A stretch of DNA of 64,000 bases, from positions 186,001-250,000 of the forward strand of contig SMSO01000034.1 of NCBI GenBank assembly GCA_004764695.1. The letters run 5' to 3'. Position 1 is the first letter of the stretch, and every line of letters begins with the position of its first letter. The notes beneath the pieces are model-generated. The model saw only the letters and a list, made by a program, of their open reading frames with translations. It did no database searches and had not been told where the DNA came from. The position numbers and the translations under genes are program-made. The DNA is from Schizochytrium sp. TIO01. Taxonomy: Eukaryota > Protista > Bigyra: Labyrinthulomycetes. Below, in pieces: positions 58,060 through 64,000 of this stretch.

Positions 58060-58880
58060 CATGGGACGAGTTGATGAACCAAAATTTGACGTTCAGAAAG
58101 TAACTTTGACAAGATGGATCAGTCGGTTCAAGATTCGATTTATCGAATTTACCTAGTAAAAGCGATAAAGCGCCTGATTTGATTTATAACATTGTTACTT
58201 TCATTGAAGGTGTAGAACCAGTATATACGCCAGACGGATTGCCGACACACAATTTCTTAAAATATGCTTTGGAATTTGCTCTACAGTACAAACCCCGCTA
58301 CATTGATTGTGTCAACGAACTTGTGGATCTGGAGGGCTTTACCTTTTGGTTATCTGAACAGAACGCATCAGAGCTTTCTACTCGCGGAGTGATTCTTTTG
58401 AAACTGGTTCTGGTAATCAAAAGATAAAAACATTGAAAGTCTGGGGAAGTTGAGGACGGAGATGTCTAAACTGTTCATGGAGGTTGATTTTCCTTCTGGG
58501 ATAATTAAGAATGTACAACTGCGTGAGGTTCCTAATTATGTTGCGGAGCGCTTCTTGCGCAATGTATTTCCATCAACTACGGACTACCGACGCCATTATT
58601 TATACCACGAATAAACCTTTCTACCGATTCAAAAGAACCTTCTGTCAGAGGGGACATCACATACTCTAAGTCGGTGTCAAAAGTCGGCAAACGATACGGT
58701 CTTTCAAGGGTCCCGGTGGATCTGGCAAGACCCGTCTAGGTGTTGAGTTGGCAAAACATGGAGTGAACTATGTCGATGAAGATAAAAAGAAAGCTTTATC
58801 TGCGTTTATTCAGATGAATAAACACCTTTGTTTAGACTCCTCGTACTTTCGTCAAGAATATAAATTCGGGGCTCGATGAA
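58060..58880 (+). pseudogene. Fragmented ORF remnants ending in a P-loop NTPase fragment
   Basis: A Walker A GPGGSGKT lies at 58709-58732 in the frame KGPGGSGKTRLGVELAKHGVNYVDED. The upstream frames are broken by stops and frameshifts. Confidence 0.45.
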
Positions 58881-59293
58881 CAATGTCCGTCCTGGTTGTT
58901 TGGGCGTATGCTCTCTATTTTCGGACTCCATGGATGGTGCGTTTTCTCCTGCGTATCGCCTTTTTGACTAAACTTGCTTTCCTTTCCTACGTTCCTTTCT
59001 TTTTTTCTTTTTCCCCTTCAGTTCCTATTGCTTGTCAATCTTTAAAAAAAATAAAATAAAAATGTTTGTTGCTTTTTCATGGTCAAATGAACATTCTTTT
59101 TCTTTTTTATTCCTAATCATTAGAATGATTATTTTTTGACTTTTTCATGTTCATTTTTTTTTAATTCTCAATCAAATAACATTTTTTTTTTTTTTAAATA
59201 CCCAATCATTAGAATGAAAATAGCATTTTTCTTTTTTTATTTATTCCCAATCATTAGAATGAGAATAGCATTTTTTTTTTTTTTAATTCCCAA

Positions 59294-59920
59294 TCATGTT
59301 TTTGTTTTAATTGAGAGAATGTCTTGCTCTGCCAGAGTATATTTTGCAAAAGGGTTGACTTCCTTCGCAAGTACGATGGTGGGTAATATTGTTTGCGCAT
59401 AGAACATGATATATGCCATGGCGTCACCGAGGTGGTCTTTTTGAACTGCTTTTCTGAAGGCTGGTAAAGTGTGTAAAAGTTTTGAAGTGATTTCCACGAC
59501 CTGTACGCGCCTTTCAACTTTAGATTGTGACATTTTAAAATATGCATGCATGGAGCGTGGTGAGATCAATCGGACAAAAGATGATCCTTTCCTTGCCCCA
59601 AATCTCTGCTTTAGGAAAACATGGAGAAGCTGTTCAATGTCTTTGTGAGTACTTGTGATGGGCTACGCTTCGATGATGACTTGATCTACTTTTTGAAACC
59701 ATGGTCGGAGCAGCTCCACAAAATGGTGAACGAGATGTGCGCCTTTGCGATCCTTTTCTTCGAAAGGGCATTCTTTGGGTTTTTTACATGTAAGATTGCG
59801 AAGGTCTTGCATGTGCGCATAGACGGGCGTGATTTCAAACGTTTCATTGTCAATGTCTGCAAACGCACAGGCAAGATGGCTGAATCCCACATCTATTCCA
59901 ACGACTCGAGTAAGGTTCAT
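59294..59920 (-). pseudogene. RuvC/poxvirus-A22-like Holliday junction resolvase with one in-frame TAG
   Basis: ORFs 59663-59920 and 59294-59569 are in the same frame and joined by open sequence after TAG 59663-59665: VVGIDVG...VIIEA*PITSTHKDIEQLL...ISPRSMHAYF...KDHLGDAM. This matches the RuvC-family D, E and C-terminal D motifs. Confidence 0.8.
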
Positions 59921-59964
59921 GTTTACTATTTTTTTTTTTTATAAAAATGATAATTTCGTTTATG

Positions 59965-60138
59965 TTATATTACTACAACGGTAGCCGAGGGCGTTTTTGT
60001 GGCTTTTTCCTTTTTAAGAAAGATGTGTGCGAGGATGAATAAAATCAGTATAAAGAACAATAGAATCGCCAAACCACCTCTGTCTAAGCCTAAAGATATT
60101 GCATTCTCCCTGAATGTGGAGTTCGTAATGTTCGACAT
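59965..60138 (-). CDS. Small single-pass membrane protein (57 aa; below the ORF-track cutoff)
   Basis: MSNITNSTFRENAISLGLDRGGLAILLFFILILFILAHIFLKKEKATKTPSATVVVI: two N-glycosylation sequons, a hydrophobic helix and a basic stop-transfer segment. It fills the gap between the resolvase and the endonuclease genes. Confidence 0.55.
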   Translation of the reverse strand: MSNITNSTFRENAISLGLDRGGLAILLFFILILFILAHIFLKKEKATKTPSATVVVI

Positions 60139-60249
60139 GTAAATGTGATAAACAAACTACTAGGATTAGCGTTGATAATGTATTTATTGCAAAATCTTCA
60201 ATAACTAAACCCTTAATAGTGTGAGATTATAAAATAAAAAAGCTATATC

Positions 60250-61132
60250 ATGAGATTGAGGAGTAGTCGCGTTTATGTATTAGATGAAACTTTAAAAAAA
60301 CAATCTAAAAGAAATGAAGTAGTAGTGCATGGCAATAATGCTAAGACTAGAGAACATGTAGTAGATGAAACTTTAAAAAAACAATCTAAAAGAAATGAAG
60401 TAGTAGTGCATGGCAATAATGCTGAGACTAGAGAACATGTAGTAGATGAAACTTTAAAAAAACAATCTAAAAGAAAGAAAAGAAATAAAGTGGTAGATCC
60501 TGTTATTCGTGTATGTGGCAACGCTAAGACTATTTATAAATGTTCTCTGAGTGGTAGAGAATATTGGGTGGATAAGAACCGAGCTGGAGAAAACAGAAGA
60601 ATGTATTGTGGGCATGGACGAAAACCTAACCGGTGTGTAGATTGCGATGGCACGTATATTTGTATCCACAAGAGGCGCCGTACTTACTGCTTTATTTGTG
60701 AGCCTGATTCCAAAAACCTTTGCGAACGTAAGTGTGGGCGTCTTTTATCGAATCGTAGACTTTTCCGTAGGATTCGCATTTGTTGGACGTGTGAAAAGAG
60801 AGAGGAGCGTCATATGAGACTAGAAAATGAGTGGAACGAGCGTTTTCATTCTTGGGGATTTCACCCTTCGAGCCATGATCGCATCATCAAAGATAGTGCA
60901 TGTAAGGTAGTAAACCGTCGGCGTGCTGACTTTGCTTTTTTCAGATAATGACTTACCCTATTATATTGTGGTCGAATGCGATGAAGAAAGTCACAGTGGT
61001 TATGACATAGCATGTGAAATGAAAAGATTGCAGGAAATTCATGATCAGTTAATTGGTAATGGAAGAAGTGTGAAGCCTTTGGTGATTATCCGTTTCAACC
61101 CGTACCCATCAAGTTGTAATAATGGTAAATGA
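60250..61132 (+). pseudogene. Large-DNA-virus-type Cys/His-rich PD-(D/E)XK-like endonuclease, frameshifted near 60940
   Basis: CxHxRxxxxCxxC repeats are followed by RRADF, then in another frame YIVVECDEESHSGYDIACEMKRL...PLVIIRFNP. The shift falls at a T run. The N-terminus contains an 81-bp tandem repeat (60281, 60362, 60443). Confidence 0.7.
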
Positions 61133-61158
61133 ATCACCGCACCATCCTTTGAAAGTTC

Positions 61159-62694
61159 TTAGCCGAGCTTCTTTACGTTCACAGAATAAGTATTTCCGTG
61201 CTTGTCGTTTTCCAAGTTATTACTGCCTCTGCAATCAGATGGTAGAATGATACGTTCTTCACTTATCTCAGGGCCACCTAAACAGGGAACCAATATGTTA
61301 TTTTCAATTTCACTGAAGTTCATCTCGCTTGTATCCGCTGCGAGCAAGATAGCAAGTGCGACAAGTTGCATCGAACTGAGTTTGCCGCGAGCGATATCGC
61401 CAACTTCTTCAGCCCGAACAGAGTTCGTGATCATTAGATTTCCTTCACAGTCCCTGATAAAAACACAAGTCACTTTGTAGTTCGAGTAGACGCCAACCAG
61501 TAGACCATTCAAAAACATGTAGTTGTATAGTTGACGAACAACTGAAAACTTTTTATGACGGTCTGATCCACATCCAGTACAGCCATGATCACAATAAGTC
61601 TCACTGAGGTTGTCGTAGGAGTAATTCTTACCAGGACCTTTGAACTCACCTACGATCAACGGAATATGGGTATCGTTTACTGTCTTAGCAGCAAAACAAA
61701 AGTCTGCTCTACCCTCTACTTTTTCCTGACCAGACGTATAGATGGAGACCTTATAAGGGACTTTTTCGTTGGATTCTTGAGTCATGGCTTTTGTTACAAC
61801 ACGCATAACTTGCTGAAATGCGTCCGTGACAGTTCCTTCGTTTAAGAATTTTACCGTATCACTCACATCCTCAAAGGCATCTTTGAAGTTGACGGTAGAT
61901 TGCAGTTCATTCAGAATATCAATGTACCCTTTCTCGTTACAGTAGTCCACGAAAGACTTTACTAACAAAGACCTGACCTTCGCAGGCGAAGTGGGGTAAT
62001 TATGGAGGTTCGAGATATCTGTGTTGCTTTGTCGTATTTTGGGTGAATCCTGAACATTTGGTAGACGATGACTGGTGACCGACAGAAAATGTTGCGGTTC
62101 CGTACGAGAAATCAAATCACTTAACCTCCTCACTTCAGCTTGATGATCATCGATTATGTCCTGCGTTTTTGCAAGGCGTTGTTCTTTGGCAAGAATTTGT
62201 TGCTCTTTCACTTCTAACGACTTTTCTTTTTCGATAATTTTTTTGGACAAATTCACGCAAACGGCAAGAGTAGCGTCCTGTATATCATCGGGCGAGTACC
62301 CGTACCTCCTCTGGAACAATTTTGACTTGATCTCACCACGACAGAAAGCATCGAGAAAATTGTAGTTATCGAGTCCTAATTTGTCGGTGATTTCCTCTTT
62401 CAGATCCTCGATTTCTTGCAAAAGCTTGGCTTTTTCAGCCTCGAGGTTCTCAAGTTTTCGATCCATACGCTTGTTCTCCTCAGCCTTTTCTGCACGCAAA
62501 GTTCTAGCGTCGGCCAAGAGGGAAGCTAATTCCTGATTCAAGACTACGTGTTTCATAGGAGTGGGTCTGTCTGAATCGGTTGTGAACATCTGAATTGATG
62601 AGAGGCGGGGTTCTCGTCTTCTAGCGGCATTCCTTGTCTGGTTGGTGATCTTGGAGGCTGCATTTCTAACTACCTTGATAGTAGCACCTATCAT
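61159..62694 (-). CDS. Crinkler-type paralog: coiled-coil header and REase-like domain, no kinase (possibly 3'-truncated)
   Basis: The header is highly similar to that of 54937-57084. Motifs GRADF...IVGEFKGP and RQLYNYMFLNGLLVGVYSNY are present. The ORF ends shortly after the REase region. Confidence 0.75.
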   Translation of the reverse strand: MIGATIKVVRNAASKITNQTRNAARRREPRLSSIQMFTTDSDRPTPMKHVVLNQELASLLADARTLRAEKAEENKRMDRKLENLEAEKAKLLQEIEDLKEEITDKLGLDNYNFLDAFCRGEIKSKLFQRRYGYSPDDIQDATLAVCVNLSKKIIEKEKSLEVKEQQILAKEQRLAKTQDIIDDHQAEVRRLSDLISRTEPQHFLSVTSHRLPNVQDSPKIRQSNTDISNLHNYPTSPAKVRSLLVKSFVDYCNEKGYIDILNELQSTVNFKDAFEDVSDTVKFLNEGTVTDAFQQVMRVVTKAMTQESNEKVPYKVSIYTSGQEKVEGRADFCFAAKTVNDTHIPLIVGEFKGPGKNYSYDNLSETYCDHGCTGCGSDRHKKFSVVRQLYNYMFLNGLLVGVYSNYKVTCVFIRDCEGNLMITNSVRAEEVGDIARGKLSSMQLVALAILLAADTSEMNFSEIENNILVPCLGGPEISEERIILPSDCRGSNNLENDKHGNTYSVNVKKLG

Positions 62695-63570
62695 GGTGTT
62701 CGAACGAATTTTGAGGTGTTCGAACGATTGGGTTTTGCTGCTCTTGAGAACTAGGTTTGGATGCTTCCTCTATTGTCTATACTTGATTTACTAATGAATC
62801 TTACTAGTAGATATTCTTACTTATTTATTTGTTTCTTACACACCCTCAAATCAAACCCATATCTTCTTCTAATGACTCATACACTGCACGAGGGATAAAC
62901 TATAAAACAAGCTCTGAATATCATTACAAATCGCATCGATCTATATAGGTGCAATAGTATGCTAAGTATTCTTTTTAAAAAATTACTACTCAAGTTATCG
63001 TTCATAAGTATTTTGCGAAACCCAGAATCCGCGAAGTAAAGTCTGCAGTGCTCGTTTGCATAACTTTGATGCCGCGTGGCCGCAGCGTCCACGAATCTAT
63101 TTCTCTCCTCGCACGCGCCGTTTGCCGTGTGCGCGTACGTGCATGCACTCATTCCACCCATCTCTCCCTCCACTGTTCGATCACGCAAGTCAAACGTTGT
63201 GATGATTCGATGCAAGTGGGTAAGATCGATGCCCCCGCTCGCCAAGGCCAAGGACAACTTTCCATGCATCGTTTGACTGCGTAAGTCGAAAGTTGTGCAG
63301 GTTGTGCTGGCTCGTGTCGGTAGGTAGAAGAAGAGAAGATCGGTCCTCTCAGTAGACCTTGATCAAGCGATTTGTGCAGGCAGTGCTAGGCAGGAGAGGA
63401 GAAATGAAGATCGGCTGATCGTTTGGTTGAGCAGTGTTGTTAGAGACTTGAAGAACGATTTTCTGACTCGCCAGCGGTAGAGGCTTGACTACTTATCTTT
63501 TGATCACCTAAGTCGAGAGTAGTTGTGCAGTTAGAGAAGATCGATAGGTAGATGGATACCCTCGCTCACC
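62165..63570. repeat. Segmental direct repeat copy B
   Basis: It is near-identical to ~56560-57965, with small indels. Confidence 0.9.
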
Positions 63571-64000
63571 AAGGACAAACTTTGATCAATCGTTTGTTTT
63601 ATTTCAAAAGCTGTACTATTCAGAGTTTATATTCATGAGTCCTCTACCAAACGCACACTGATTCGGTGCTTCTTTTTGAAGCTTATATCTATACTTTACA
63701 TAATAATCAAGGTCATTCCAACACTCAGGCTCCACTGTGCTCATAAGTAGGTACTCTTGAATGTCAGAAGCCCAGGGAGGAATGTCCTAAACATGTGAGA
63801 CAATAAAGGCTCTCTGTGTGATATCTTTCATTTTAATTTTATCCCTTAGCCATCTGTCAAATCCGCGCTTGTCACCAGTCTTCAGTATGCCATATGCAAA
63901 ATTTCTCAGACCTGAGACGGAATCAAAATGCCCCTTTTCACACATTAAATTAGCTCTCCAAGGTCCAACATATCTGATACAAGTGAGACACTCATCTACA

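Larger units (their letters stand above)
50100..63570. mobile_element. Putative decayed endogenous large-DNA-virus segment
   Basis: AT-rich, compact, intronless ORFs with A-rich pre-ATG tracts, a viral-type resolvase and endonuclease, and several inactivating lesions. The boundaries are approximate, and no capsid or polymerase gene was seen. Confidence 0.55.

Overview
Eukaryotic, intron-poor protist DNA. The intronless genes, microsatellite-rich spacers and gene content suggest a thraustochytrid/labyrinthulomycete stramenopile, but this is an inference. The window has four parts. (1) 0-8 kb: a SET1/KMT2-type histone methyltransferase, a divergently transcribed PHD-finger low-complexity gene, and a gene with three PBCV-basic-adaptor-like GPxGG repeats. 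(2) 9.5-28.3 kb: a tandem array of 8 small NDUFA4/B12D-like putative mitochondrial membrane protein genes. Six are near-identical, most share a conserved upstream motif set, and one spacer carries a ~3.2 kb insertion with a Crinkler-type HNH gene and a Myb/SANT-like ORF. (3) 33-48.5 kb: a 1606-aa receptor-like protein (signal peptide, PAASP repeats, EGF, TM, CHAT caspase-like protease, STAND-like NTPase), phosphoacetylglucosamine mutase and an LRR/coiled-coil gene. (4) ~50-64 kb: an AT-rich, compact, partly pseudogenised region that looks like an endogenised large DNA virus. It holds a RuvC/A22-like Holliday junction resolvase with one nonsense codon, a frameshifted PD-(D/E)XK endonuclease, a P-loop remnant, an M11-like metalloprotease, and two Crinkler-type REase(-kinase) genes inside a ~1.4 kb direct duplication. 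Best candidates for a new system: (a) three Crinkler-like genes that share an unrecognised coiled-coil N-terminal header but carry different C-terminal nuclease/kinase modules, i.e. a polymorphic effector family; (b) the membrane-anchored CHAT-STAND receptor. All family assignments come from motif reading, not database searches.
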